From the NCBI RefSeq assembly GCF_006345805.1, contig NC_043018.1, forward strand, positions 4,030,001-4,094,000: a stretch of 64,000 bases of DNA. Reading direction: 5' to 3'. Position 1 is the stretch's first letter; the number at the start of each line of letters is the position of its first letter. Both the position numbers and the translations under genes were made by a program. A model generated the notes under the pieces. It saw nothing but the letters and a program-made list of their open reading frames with translations, did no database searches and was not told the DNA's origin. Origin of the DNA: Octopus sinensis. Its lineage: Eukaryota. Shown here one piece after another: positions 1 to 12,999 of this stretch.

Positions 1-259
1 GTGCCTTTTATGTGCCACCAGCATGGGTGCCAATCAGGCAGTACTGTTATCAACTACAACAATGACTTCACTTGCCTCAACAGGTCTTTGCATGCGCAGT
101 TTATTGCCCAATGATTGGAGGGTACTCTTAAATGGGCTGGTTATGTTGCACTGGCATAGGCCATGGTTACAGTCTCACTTGACTTGCTGGGTCTTCTCAA
201 GCACAGCATATCGCCAAAGGTCTCAGTCACTTGTCATCGCTTCTGTGAGGCCCAATGTT
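1..259. repeat. Fragment of an abundant interspersed repeat (LINE 3'UTR/SINE-like), cut by the window edge
   Basis: Motifs (gtgccttttatgtgccacc, ggcacc/gtgcc, cttgcaag-like) resemble segments at ~50690-50770 and ~51180-51260; no credible ORF. Confidence 0.35.
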
Positions 260-726
260 TGAAGGTTGTGCTTCACCACATCATCCCAGATCTTCATATA
301 ATTCAATATTTTAAAAATGGGAGTAGTATTAGTTTTATAAAAGAAATGATTAAAATTTTTATCAACATAGTTTTTGTAAAACTCCAGAAATTCTTTTTTT
401 TCTTGGAACTGTAATATTCTTCAGAAGCCACACTGAGAAGCACTAATCTGTTGTGTCCTTCTATTAAGGCAGTAGGGTGTGGCATGAGAAAAATATTTTG
501 TTACTGTTTTTAACAGGGTAAGTGACCATGTAGAGGCTCTCCTGATTCATTAGGCTTTTCTCATTTGCTTGAGAAGCTGTTCTAAACTGTATAGCTGTAC
601 ATATAGATATAGAGAATGTAGGCTTAAAGGACTTTGTTCTAACTGATAATGGTAGAAAGAGAAGGGTCAGGGTAGAAGCGTGGTTGATAGTCTTGTGAAG
701 CACAAGAGATTGGCCTATCTGCATAC

Positions 727-728
<2 letters not shown>

Positions 729-758
<30 letters not shown>
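729..758. repeat. (GT)n microsatellite
   Basis: Directly visible. Confidence 0.95.
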
Positions 759-761
<3 letters not shown>

Positions 762-1022
762 AATATATATAATTTTATTTCAGCATGGTTCCGAAGTCCT
801 TTAGTAAACACACTGATATAAAATGGTATATCAGCTATTTAGATAAAAACTAGATGAATCATTACTGACTCGTGAGTCATAGCTTCATGACTCTACTGTT
901 GTTATTTTCAGTTTTTTTTTTAGTTCTTGTCTAGCCTAGAGTTTTTCCATAGGTTCTTATGGGACAGGGGCTGTGTGGGTGGACAAATTACTGTTTCTTA
1001 AATTTAAGATAGTTTTAAAATT

Positions 1023-1160
1023 TTAAGCCTTTTGATACTAACCTGCTTGAGATTTGTCCTGATTCTATAAAATTAAAAGCTTCCATCAAAATTTCATGTT
1101 CATTTATGTTCCAAACACCAGCTTACTAATGGCACTTATTTTACTAAAGTTCTTCATACA
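1023..1160 (-). mobile_element. Fragment of TTAA-ended MITE family (other copies ~20245-20400, ~22910-23050, ~46045-46132, and flanks of the 44-bp satellite)
   Basis: Shared motif cttccatcaaaatttcatg...ttatgttccaaa at 1079, 20320 and 22972; end resembles ttaa+cc(c)ttttgatac. Confidence 0.6.
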
Positions 1161-4100
1161 TAAGTGGAGAGTAAAATAATTTCAGTTTTTTTGTGAGAGA
1201 GGAGAAGGGTCTGGTATTTGTCATTTTGAGAACTATGGGAAGGAGGAGAAGTTAGCTTCCTAGCAGCCCTAGTCAAGCTTTCTGTGATAAGAGTTTTTCT
1301 TTTTGCTTTTGTGGCCATCTTTCTGCATGTTGGCGACTGACTGCATTGTCCACTGTAACCTTTTTTAAAAATTTTATTTATGGCAATAAGGCAGGCAGTT
1401 TGGCTGTTATTTCTATTAGGTTGAATAACAATATACCTGTTGGGGCTTTTTGTTGTGGAGAATAGCTACTGGATCCTTTTGTTCCAATTACCTAGGATAG
1501 ATATGCTCTTTATCCAGATGTGTGCATTTACATTTGCACTCTATGGAAGTCTTGGACTTTGGTGTTGTCACTTCTGTCAACAAATCATCTGCTTGTTTTG
1601 CACCTTTTGGTGACATGTGAAAGAAGATAACCACTTGAAAAAAATGAGTTAAGGGAATGCTGAATAACAATGCTTTCATAAAAATATATTCATTTAACCC
1701 ATGCTAGCAATGGAAAATGTACAGAAAACAAATGATCTCTCAAGATTTTGATCAACCTGAAGTTGTAGTAGAAGACACTCATCTAAGGTAACACATAGTT
1801 GCAATCCAAGCTTCTTAATCATACAACTACCATTCTTGTGCATTATAGTTAATATTTCCTTACTTTTTCTGGCACTAAAGAAAAAAACAAACAAAAATAT
1901 TATTAAATTCCTTAGATTCACCAGATTTGTATTTGAAGTGGACTGTTCTTTTGAAAGAACTGTGTGATAATTCAGGGTTTTAAAAAGACAACTTTGCCAA
2001 GGCTCATCTTTTGCAATAGTTCTCTAATATAAAGACCCCTCCCCATCCTGAAAATGTTGTAAAAACAATCACTAGTCATTAGCTCCATAATTCATTGGCA
2101 CTCTCTTTTTCTTTATTTTGCATGTCTCTGTTAACTGCTTTTGATGAAACCCACTAGAAATATATCTGACCTTTTCACATGCGTAAAGTAAGTGTGAAAG
2201 AGTAGGAAACTTTTTTTCTTTTTCTCCATGGTGGTGGTTGAGGGAGAATAAATAATGTTATGTAAACTCTTGATAAAAAATTGTTACAAAATGTCACCTC
2301 AAAAACATTTTCTCCCCGTACTTTAATTTGTTTGCATTGTTTCTGGTCCCTCTTTGCATCTCACTAATGACATTAATGTAGCAATTATTATTATTCTACA
2401 GCTATTGTACTGTGCATTTTCTTCTTTCATACTTCTAACCTGACATAACCATTAACACTATTGGCTTTTAAATATGCTCCTCAAAGTCCTATTTCTCTGT
2501 CTGTAAGAGAATAAAGTTGGCCTCCAAAACATGTAAGCTATTCTCTCTCTTAGATGTGGACAGAAGTAAAATTTAGTAACCTGCCCCTTTCCATCCTCTC
2601 TTGCACCTTGTCTGAAGCATTTCTCAAATCTACCAAGAACTGTTACAATCTGGGGCTACTCCTTTTTTTTCAAATACAAAATGTAACTCTTTAAATGCCT
2701 TTTGTATGTGATATTTGTGAAGGCCAGTGCTTCTTCCTATTGAGTTTTATGGTATTAATGACGAGAGAAATCTCTTTGCACATAGAATGTCAATCTGTTG
2801 CTTGTAACATCTCAAAATAATCATGTGATTTAAAGTATGAAGAATGTGATTTCATGTGTAAATTCTTAACAAATGCATGCTTTGAATTTGATGTCAAGAT
2901 CTGTTAGTTGGTACTACAACAGCTTATCGAATTAGCAATTTTGCCTTTAGCATTCCCTTTTGTTAAGGGAAGTTAATTGCTCCAATCTAACCAGCTGTGA
3001 ATGAGTGCCATCTGACAGTTGGTGCACTGCTGTCTCCTTCCATCTATCACCTTCTGCATGTTTTATTGAGCCAAAGTTAGAACGACGAACAGAATGTCTA
3101 TTTCTGCGCAGTAAAACAATAAGCAAAAGCATGGTACAAGTGTCTGGTCATACTTGCACATGAGTGACAATCTTGTATTTATTTTTTTTGCACTTTTTAT
3201 AGTGCTTTTGATTTATGGGATATGTTATTTTTATGCTCATGCACTACTTTTAAGATAAATTGTTATAGAAGTCAGCTTCTGTTGTATTCTATTACTCCAA
3301 GCACTCCTCGGAACTCTTGCATAAAATGTGATGACTTGATTTCTCACATAATGATGCTAGATATATATATTTACTTACAGACTGCTCATTTTTTCCCCTT
3401 GAATTCTGGATAATGAAATTTTTAAAAAGAAGTATTTCTAGAAAGTCTCTTTAGTTACTACATTTATGATGAAATATATAGTGCTGTTGTTTCAATTTTG
3501 AAAATAATGAATTTGTAGCTGGTGTTTGGAATATAAATTAACATGGAGCTTCAATGCAAAGTTCTGATTCCCTTTAAAACAGTGGCTAACAAAACCAAGG
3601 ATGGTTTTGTTAACCGCAACCATAACTTGAAAGGTAAAAAAAGAAAACAACAACAAAAACAAACAAAAAAGGGTGACTCAAATTCTAGATGTTATTTTCA
3701 TTATAAAACTTATGTAACTTATATGTATGCTTTACAAATGTCAGAACAAATATATTACAATGAGTTAGTTACACTCAATGAAACATAAAAAGTCTTGACC
3801 TCTTTTTTTTTTTTACTGTTCTTTAAGCCAACAAATTTTATATACACTCTGATTGGGTGTATATACTTGGATATAATCCAACCAGGTTATAAAATGTCTC
3901 TATGTACATGTAAACCAACAAGGTTTTAAAGTGTTTCTTTATGTGTCATGGAATTCTTTCTTACACATTTCTTTCTAGAAATATCTTTATATATGTATGT
4001 ATAAATATTTTACAATTTTCTTAGAAATCCTATGCATTTCTTAGAAAGAGGTTGTTGAGTGCCATTTTCAATTGGGTGTTTCCACACAGGTGCTGTTACT

Positions 4101-4505
4101 TTATTTAAATTAACTTTCTTTTGTATCTAGATTTTAGTTTTTGCTGAAATAAGTATATATATACTTTGTTTCAGCAGTGGTAGTCAAATGATTTGAGACC
4201 AACCAACTTATTTCATTCATATGTACAACCATTGCTTCTACTTTTTGGCACAAGTATCTTTTACTTTGGCCCCAGCCTGATCAGTCTTGTGGGTAGATTT
4301 GGTAGCCAGAAAATGAAAGAAGCCCATCATGTATGTTTGTTTGTACCTCCTTGTTTTGACATCATACAGTAGTTGTAAATGGGTGTTACTGTCAGTGTCA
4401 TTCTAATATTCTGCAAAAATTTATCTGGCAATGGGGAAACATTACCTTCCTTGGAAACAAGGTCAGTGACAGGAAGGGCATCTGACCATAGAAATTCTGC
4501 CTTAA

Positions 4506-5570
4506 CCCTTTCGTTACTAAACCGCCCGAAAAAAATTTTGGTTAATGTGACCAAACCCGCCCGTATTTACCTATTCATATTTAAATGAGAATATCAGAGC
4601 AAATTTCTTTAGTACATTCGTGAAAACACGTATTATACTTTGTAAACAGTTCAGCTACAGTTTTGTACAAAAATCGAAGTGTAATTTTAATTCCGTGAAT
4701 TTTGGGAGATTTTTTTCCGAAATTTGTTCCTATTGTGTTTTCAAAATTTGTAATTCTGATAAAAAATGGATACGAATTTCATTATATCAAGCAGCGAGTC
4801 AGAATTCGAAGGATTTTCTACTGAAGACTTCATAAATCTAACTCTATGACTGAAAAAAAAAAGCACGTGGTATTTGATAATGAATCTGATGTTTCATTTT
4901 CCGAAAGTGAAAACAGTGAATCCGAGAGCTCCAACAGCGATAAAGAAAATGAATTGGCACCTGAATGGAGTGAAAATTAAAAAACTGTTTCTTTCGGTGA
5001 TTTTTCTGAAGAAACTGGACCAAGCCACAGACTTTCCCAGAAGAGTAAAGCCTTAGACTATTTCTTTTTACTTTTTCGAATGAGCCTATTTGAAATCATT
5101 ACGGCAGAAATGAACTGTTACGCTAAATTTAAACAAAACGAAAGAAAGGATAGTTAGTGGTTTCCCATAACCTTAAATGAAATTAAGACTATTTTGCCAT
5201 AAATATTATTATGGGTATCAGAAAGTTACCCAGAATAACAAATTCTATCGTAAAATTTTGTTGTATACCCAATTGAATATTAGCTAATAACCCATTTTCT
5301 ATAGCGATGTTTGAACAAAATTTTAATAATTTTATATTTTGTTGAATTTACCTGTATCTACCTGCAATTAGAGTCAGTTTGTGACAAAATTATAGTATAG
5401 AATTGGTTGAGAACATTTCATTAAATTATCTTCCAAAATTCACGTTAATATATTGATAAATAAAAAAGTTATAGTTGTTTAATGAAGCCAGACTAAATTT
5501 ATGATTATGTTAGAAATTAATTGAAACACATAAGGGGTGTATTTTGGTCAGAAATATAGTAACGAAAGGG
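4506..5570 (+). mobile_element. Internally deleted piggyBac DNA transposon
   Basis: TTAA at 4502-4505 and 5571-5574; perfect 14-bp TIR ccctttcgttacta (4506-4519 / 5557-5570). Confidence 0.92.
4846..5237 (+). pseudogene. piggyBac (PGBD-like) transposase N-terminal remnant
   Basis: Reads MTEKKKHVVFDNESDVSFSESE...FSEETGPSHRLSQKSKALDYFFLLF...ITAEMNCYA...W.PITLNEIK..FAINIIMGIRKLP with two stops and a frameshift; acidic N-terminus and these motifs are typical of piggyBac transposases. DDD domain deleted. Confidence 0.8.
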
Positions 5571-5929
5571 TTAACAAATTCTATCCAATCCATAGAAAAG
5601 TGGACATTCAAAAAATGTTGAGCCAACACAAAAATTTCTATGTTGTCATTTGAAAACTAGAAATAACAGTCAGTCTTCCCTCAAATCACATCTTACAACC
5701 TTCGAAGAGGGACAACATATTGGATGTTGATGAAGTTCTGAATAAAAGAGGGGCTAGTCATTGTAAAAAAATGACCCTTCACAGATCTGCTTCAGTGAGG
5801 GTGGCCCTAGAACCAAACCAGCAAAAAGAAATACTGTTTTAGCTTTTTGAAAACTCTGTTGAACATGCCATATACTGTGTGAGATATGTTATAATATGGC
5901 TTCTAATTTTGGTACAAGTTTTGAGGGTG

Positions 5930-6088
5930 TGTGGGTGGAGGCAAGTTGATTATATAGACTCCAGTGCTCAGCTAGTACTATTGACCCCCATGGAAGGGCA
6001 AAAAATAAAGTCTGTCTTCGTGAAATTTGAACTCAGAATATAAAGACCTAGAAGAAACGCTAAGTATTTTGCCTAATGTAGTAAAGAT
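5930..6088 (-). mobile_element. Degenerate tRNA-derived SINE
   Basis: Reverse-complement B-box-like atttgaactcagaa; similar to the adjacent better copy. Confidence 0.55.
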
Positions 6089-6090
6089 TC

Positions 6091-6324
6091 TTATTTCTTT
6101 ATTGCCCACAAGGAGCTAAACATAGAGGGGACAAACAAGGACAGACAAAGGAATTAAGTCGATTACATCGACCTCAGTGCATAACTGGTACTTAATTTAT
6201 CGACCCCGAAAGAATGAAAGGCAAGGTTGACCTTGGCAGAATTTGAACTCAGAACGTAATGGCTGACAAAATACTGCTAAGCATTTCGCCCAGCATGCTA
6301 ACGATTCTACCATCTTGCTGCCTT
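6091..6324 (-). mobile_element. tRNA-derived SINE, family 1 (tail type A)
   Basis: On the minus strand: A-box-like head, gagttcaaatt B box, core tttgcctttcattctttcggggtcgataaattaagtaccagt; near-collinear with 21964-22197 and 51359-51589. Confidence 0.85.
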
Positions 6325-6639
6325 AGTATGCGTTATATGAAATGCTCCCCTGCCACACTGCCCCCCCAAAATCAAGATGCCATAAAAATTTGTTTACAAG
6401 CACTTAGGTACATACAGTTTTTTTTTCCTCCCAGCTATCGATGTCTTTATGACAGTCGTACAAAATACAAAAAACTGGCCAAGTTCAGAAAATGTTATTT
6501 TTTACTTTGCATCCTTTTCAACATTTGTTAAGATTAGGTTGGATATTTCTTTCCTTACAGGTTGAAGAGGAGCACATTTCAACATTGCCTAACGTGGCCC
6601 TTTTTTTTTTTATATAATAAAAGGTAATTTTGAATGTTC

Positions 6640-7080
6640 ATGAGAGTTTTACATTCAATTAATATTTGTCATTATCTGCAAATGTAATAGGAAGTTGATT
6701 TGCTGTTGAAGTTGAAATATAAAAGCAGAAACAGCAGTTGTTATGTCTGAAACGACAATGATGATGATAGTTGATACAGAAACAACTACAATGGCAAGAA
6801 TAATTCAGAGTAATGGTAGAATAATGATCATAACATATAATAGGAGTCTGTAATAATAATAATAAAATAGCAAGATGTAATAACAGTAACAACTTGCTAC
6901 AACAGCAGTGGTAACAGGTTGTGACATCGGAGGCAATGTGTAACAACTGGTAACATACTATGTCAGCTGAGATATCCTGCTGCCTTGGCATGTTGTCATC
7001 ATAATATGTAATAATGACATGTCCAAACTGCAATAACAACATGCTGTGATAATGTGTAATAACTTAATTATATTGGCAGT
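6640..7080. repeat. Degenerate trinucleotide (AAC/AAT/GAT) low-complexity tract
   Basis: Visible periodicity; explains the L/C/Y-rich ORF 6659-7042. Confidence 0.6.
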
Positions 7081-7209
7081 TGTAAAACCAAATGTCCAAT
7101 TTGCATTAATTTTAAGGAGCAGAGTTCAGCAGTTAATGTGAATTTCATTATCAGGCGAAGGATTGTAAAGAAGAGGTTGATTCCCTTTCAAATAAAGTAT
7201 TGGGTAGAA

Positions 7210-7491
7210 CATTGGTTCCCTAAGTGGGCGGTACTGCCCCCTTGAGGGCAGTGGAAAGATCCAAGGGGCGTTGAAGAAAAGTGAGCTGATAATGGGATGG
7301 CCAAAAGGGAGCAATAGATGTAAAAGTAACAAAATAAGGGGCTAATTGGGTTAAGTTTCATTTGTGAAATACAGGTTTTTTTGAATTTGCTGCAGAAAGT
7401 GGTCTCTCTTCGTAGTGGTGAGTGAGGGGGAGGCTAGGAATGTGACCTGGGTCCCAAGAGGATGGCAGCCCGAAAAGTTTGGCAACCACTC
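7210..7491. mobile_element. hAT-type (Charlie-like) MITE
   Basis: Imperfect TIRs cattggttccctaa (7210) / ttggcaaccactc (to 7491), resembling CAGTGGTTCCCAA ends; 8-bp TSD no longer clear. Confidence 0.6.
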
Positions 7492-7800
7492 AGTTAGTGT
7501 GTTTAAAAGTAAGAATTAGCACTTGTTATATGGAATAAACTACTAGAATTAAATTTGCTTCAAATTACACTTTGCTGTCCATTTTCTTTTTTTAAAGTAC
7601 ATATTAGATAATGTAGTCATTGAACATTTTTGGTTATAGATCAAGTCAGTCAAGGCTGTTCTGAAAAGAGCATCATGGATCTAGAACCAAGTATCTCTCA
7701 TTTTGCCAATGACTACATTACTAATTACACCACAGTGATAGATATGTTGTTTGAGAGATAATAATGAATCTGTTACTTTTTTCTGTCTCAAATTATTCTA

Positions 7801-8030
7801 ATCATCATCATCATCATCATTTTATTGTCTACTTTTCTATTCTTGCATGGGCCAGATAGAATTCATTGAAGTGGACTTTCTTCCGTTAGATGCCCATCCT
7901 GTTGTCAGCCCTTGATTTTCTAAGTAAAGTAATATTTCCCTGTGACCAAATATGCTTTCATGGAAGATTGGAAACAAATGAAACTGCTTGTATGACAATT
8001 GTTTGCACCTATCACTCAGTGCCAAGATAA
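7801..8030 (-). mobile_element. (ATG)n-tailed RTE-associated SINE/LINE 3' end
   Basis: (CAT)n tail on + strand followed by ...gcatggg; related ends at 18660-18785, 29359-29411, 35760-35975, 50545-50770, 51045-51260, 51880-52020. Confidence 0.55.
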
Positions 8031-10143
8031 AGAGACACACACACACTCACACTCTCTTATACCTACACATACATGTGTTTATACATGTATGACATGCTTT
8101 TCTCAGTTTCTTTCTACCAAATCTATTCAATGCATTGGTCGCCCTGAAGCAATAATAGAAGGCACTCACTCCAGATGCCATGCAATGAGACTGAACCTGA
8201 AACTGAGTGGTTGCAAAGCAAACTCCTCAATCACGGAGCCTGTTGTTTATTATGTCTCATGTTGGAGGTGTTTACATTTGACAGGATTCACTGACCCACA
8301 GAACTGTGGGTCAGATTTCAGTGTCTGCTCTGGCATGGTTGCTGAGGCTGGATACCCTTCCTAATGCTAGACACTTTACACTGTGTACTGAGTACTTTCT
8401 TTGTGACATTAGTTCCCTCTCTCTCTTTCGGAGAGGCACTGAGCACATATACACACACGGCAGTAACTTCCACCTACCGAATTCAATCACAAAGCTTCGG
8501 TCGACTCGGGGCTACAGTGGAAGACACCAGCCCAAAGTGCCACGCGGTGGTTCATTTAAATCAAACAAATCTGAGTGGGATGTTTCTGTTACTGATTGCA
8601 TAATTGTAATCTATGGACTATTGTTAGGCTTAGCTTTATGTAGTTGTAGCTAGCCAGTTCAATATGGAGCTGAACTAATAGCTGAAGAGTTTGACATGTC
8701 CTGTCCCTAGCTACAATGTTCTTTGTTGCTAAAATATATAACTCTCATAGTTCTGCTATGCAGTTGATATAAAAAAATATTCTCCTCCAAAATCTAAAGT
8801 TCTGTGTCAATTATCCAATGCTTATCAATACATAGTTGTCATATTTATGTAGTCTTGTCAGGACATGCTCCAACCATGATGAAGTCAGTCCTCATAGGAA
8901 GGCCTCTGCTTGGTCAATCAACCCACTAAGGATAGCTGCCCGACTTTCCTCAAATCACACCCTAACTTTTTACAAAAGGACATTGGATAATTTGGTCCTA
9001 AATGCATTATGCCTGAAAGTAAGATGTGATGGTCATTACTGAAATACTTTTTCTTAAGGAGATCGTGGAGTCAGAGCTGACTTGAGACCTAAACAACAAT
9101 AGCTTTGCCGTGGCCCTCATAATTATGCAATTATTTTGGATACAAAGAAGACAACAGATGAAACACATGGAGATGTTATATCAGAGAGGACAAATGTGTG
9201 TGTGTGTCAATATTTATATCTGTGTTGACACGAGGGAGTATGCATTAAGTAATATCTATGGACTATAGGGAATTAATTCTTTATTATGAATTGATATGGA
9301 CTGTAGAGAATTCATTTCTTAGTGTATATCTACTCCATACAATTAAGCCACACTAAGTATGTACTTGTGGTTTTATTTTTAAGTATCTTTTGCATTTTCT
9401 TTAACACAAGTAATTGTGAGGTTTAGGTGTGTGGATGGATATATCTTGAAGGAAAGCTGTATTTTATTTGCTTCCACTAATTAAAAGCTTGCCTCTTTAT
9501 CTCCTGTCTAAATAGCAAGTAATTTTCTATTTAATGCATTGATTTCCTTCTTTCTCGCTTTGTATATCTATTGTTTATTATGCATGTAATCTTGTTAGCA
9601 AGTCTAATATTGCTGACTGAACTCTGTTGAAACTTAATTCTCAACTAAAACAAGTAAGGAACGTGTTGCCCAAATAACTAACTACGCTTGCTCATTATCA
9701 CTGTTAGTATTTTATTTATTATTTTACTTGGCATTTTCTGTAGAGCTAAAGTGATTTTATTCCCACTGAAACCTCATTGTGTGTGTGTCTGTGTGTTTTT
9801 CCGTGGTTGTATCAAATGGATCTTTTTTTTTGCTTTGTCTTTTTTTATTTGTTGTTGTTGGGAGCACTTACTTTTGTGGTTGAATTTTGTATTTGTCTTT
9901 TATTTATTTATTATTATTTTTTTTTTACCTTACTAGCAATCCAAAGTGCGGTAGGAGTGGAACCTGTTTTTGTAATTCAGACAAACTGGAATGAGACACT
10001 TATATAGTAATGTCTTGATCAGGAGCACATACAAAAAAAAACAAAACTAAGATTTGAATTCTTTATTTGCTTGTCAGTAGTCCAGTTCCTAACATCCCTG
10101 TTTCTCTGTAACCCCTCTCTCATTCATCATTTTATATATATAT

Positions 10144-10176
<33 letters not shown>

Positions 10177-10184
10177 TATATTAA

Positions 10185-10973
10185 ATTAGAGATAAAACCA
10201 CTATTAGGCAAATCAAACAGTGAAATTAGCTATTTCATCTTTAAATATGAAAAATTAATTTATTAGGTCTTTATTATATGTGCATATATATTTATTTATA
10301 GAGATTATTTTAGATCTTAATTATAATATTTATATACATTTATATATTTTCAATGATAATTTATATATAATAGTAATTTTTTTTTTTTAAATATTTATGT
10401 AATTAGATATAGACTATTACCGATATTAGATTATTGGTGGATTTCTTACCTTATAAATTAAAATTAATATTTAACATTATAATCGATTTTGATATAATCA
10501 TAATTGTTAAGTTTTAAGTTTCTAGTTTGATGATAGTTTATTATAAGTAAAATTATTATATTATTTATATCTTAAAAATATTGTTTAAATATTTCTGTTT
10601 ATTTATAAAATATTTCAATTAACCTGAAGATTAACTGTAACCATAACTCAAATTATTAATTGAATTTAAATTATTGTTATTCGAATTGGTACAGCCATGA
10701 AACGATCGTAGTGTTTTACTCTTTATCTTTTATTAAACTTTTAATACTTTTGATATTTAATAAAAAAAATTAATTAATTAATTAATTAATAATATATAAA
10801 TATAAATTTTATATATATATACTAATATATATATATATATATATATGTATATTTTTATAAGTTTAATTATTTAAATAATTTTTTATTTTTACTTTTATAT
10901 TTTAAAATTAATTTTATGTATTGGCTTATGTTTTTCACTGTTTGATTTGCCTAATAGTGGTTTTATCTCTAAT
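10185..10973 (+). mobile_element. Very AT-rich non-coding element with 40-bp terminal inverted repeats, copy 1 (PLE-derived or MITE)
   Basis: attagagataaaaccactattaggcaaatcaaacagtgaa at 10185-10224 and its exact reverse complement at 10934-10973; flanked by (TA)n/(ATATT)n. Confidence 0.8.
10622..10712 (+). ncRNA. Hammerhead-like motif (type I, palindromic helix III), probably decayed; duplicate at 11453-11543
   Basis: CUGAAGA 10624-10630, 68-nt stem II region with partial pairing (cugua-acca / ugguacag), GAAA 10699-10702, palindrome ACGAUCGU, GUA cleavage triplet ending at 10710. Helix I only 2-3 bp. Confidence 0.4.
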
Positions 10974-11015
10974 ATAATATAATATAATATAATATATATA
11001 TATATATTATATTAA

Positions 11016-11801
11016 ATTAGAGATAAAACCACTATTAGGCAAATCAAACAGTGAAATTAGCTATTTCATCTTTAAATATGAAAAATTAATTTATTAGGTC
11101 TTTATTATATGTGCATATATATTTATTTATAGAGATTATTTTAGATCTTAATTATAATATTTATATACATTTATATATTTTCAATGATAATTTATATATA
11201 ATAGTAATTTTTTTTTTTTAAATATTTATGTAATTAGATATAGACTATTACCGATATTAGATTATTGGTGGATTTCTTACCTTATAAATTAAAATTAATA
11301 TTTAACATTATAATCGATTTTGATATAATCATAATTGTTAAGTTTTAAGTTTCTAGTTTGATGATAGTTTATTATAAGTAAAATTATTATATTATTTATA
11401 TCTTAAAAATATTGTTTAAATATTTCTGTTTATTTATAAAATATTTCAATTAACCTGAAGATTAACTGTAACCATAACTCAAATTATTAATTGAATTTAA
11501 ATTATTGTTATTCGAATTGGTACAGCCATGAAACGATCGTAGTGTTTTACTCTTTATCTTTTATTAAACTTTTAATACTTTTGATATTTAATAAAAAAAA
11601 TTAATTAATTAATTAATTAAATAATATATAAATATAAATTTTATATATATATACTAATATATATATATATATATGTATATTTTTATAAGTTTAATTATTT
11701 AAATAATTTTTTATTTTTACTTTTATATTTTAAAATTAATTTTATGTATTGGCTTATGTTTTTCACTGTTTGATTTGCCTAATAGTGGTTTTATCTCTAA
11801 T
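11016..11801 (+). mobile_element. Same element, copy 2 (head-to-tail tandem, period 831 bp)
   Basis: TIRs 11016-11055 and 11762-11801; differs from copy 1 essentially only in microsatellite lengths. Confidence 0.8.
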
Positions 11802-12064
11802 TTAATATAATATAATATAATATAATATAATATATTTATACTATAAAATTGAATTTAATCCTAAATCTAATTTTTCCCTGTATGTTTGGATTTATTCCCT
11901 AATATCATTATTATATATATATATATATATATATATGATGGTGACACTGAACGAACTGGGTGTTTTCACATCTTTTTACCATAAGAGAGATTTTTCTACA
12001 TGGTAACTGCAGTGTATTTGCCTTTTAGCAGTTGAAATACGTAAAAAACATATTTCAACTAACT

Positions 12065-12075
12065 TTATATATATA

Positions 12076-12170
<95 letters not shown>
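12065..12170. repeat. Compound (TA)/(TG)/(TA)/(CA) microsatellite
   Basis: Directly visible. Confidence 0.95.
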
Positions 12171-12318
12171 TAGCTAAGTATTCAGTGTTGCTTGGAAGAA
12201 TGTTGAAGAAAATAAATATATTTATTCTGAAAACAAAAAAAATATTTTCAGGAAAACTCTATCAGATAACATGAGTATAAACAAAGTTATTAAAACAAAT
12301 CTTGAAATCAGTCACAGT

Positions 12319-12960
12319 TTAATTTTGTAGGGCTTCTAAATATACAATGTTTTCAGTGTGTCCTTTAATTGGGGTATAAATAAAAAGTCCCAAAACTAGG
12401 ATTTCCAACTTGGAATATCCTACATAACATTGCTTCTCTTATGGGCAATTATCAGTCCAAGAACCTTGAGAGAATGTCCTTGAGATTTGTTTATTGACAG
12501 CAAAACTTAGTTTCATTGGAAACTGGGAGTTGTTTAAATCCAGGGGAGGTCAGATGGGATTAACGGGATCCGTGGAATGAAGACATCCTCACCCTTAGAT
12601 TTTCCGGTGATAATTGCTGTTTCTAGGACATGGGGTTGCATTGCTTTCACCACCAGACTGGTGCCATTGCACAGGCGAGGTGGATCCAAGTTCCTGAGCA
12701 GCATGATAGGGGCCCCCCTTTTTAAGTGTTGTGTGGTGCATCCCAGTTGGCTGTAGAGAGTTCAGGAAGTCAGCTGGAAAAACTACAGTATCGATGAATT
12801 TGAAAGATTGTTCTTATCCTGGTGACAGCTGCAAGAGATCCCAATTGATTTTGTTGACAGCATCATTATGTGGGGCTAAGATGGCTCGCTCACGTAGTCA
12901 TTAACTGTTGCTAAAGTTTTGTACAGTTTTTGGAAACACACATTTTAAGATCATTGACAG
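12319..12960 (-). pseudogene. Helitron RepHel PIF1-type helicase C-terminal remnant
   Basis: Minus strand reads ..RERAILAPHNDAVNKIN..FPADFLNSLQP..KGAPIMLLRNLDPPRLCNGT..KGEDVFIPRIPLIPSDLP..QFPMKLSFA..NKSQG..ENIVYLEAL with stops and frameshifts. Confidence 0.9.
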
Positions 12961-12999
12961 TTAGTACCATCTTACCACAGGGTAGCTTGTGTTATTGTT

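Noticed and set aside
1492-3103. Minus-strand exon-like segments (2992-3103, 2584-2652, ~1700-1876, 1492-1633) with open frames
   Set aside because: Some splice sites are weak, I recognise no protein family, and 2584-2652 could equally be a decayed RT motif (FLVDLRNASDKV); cannot be supported without RNA or homology data.
10185-11801. Possible NUMT (mitochondrial control region) or parasite DNA because of extreme AT content
   Set aside because: No recognisable mitochondrial tRNA, rRNA or protein fragment; exact terminal inverted repeats point to a mobile element.
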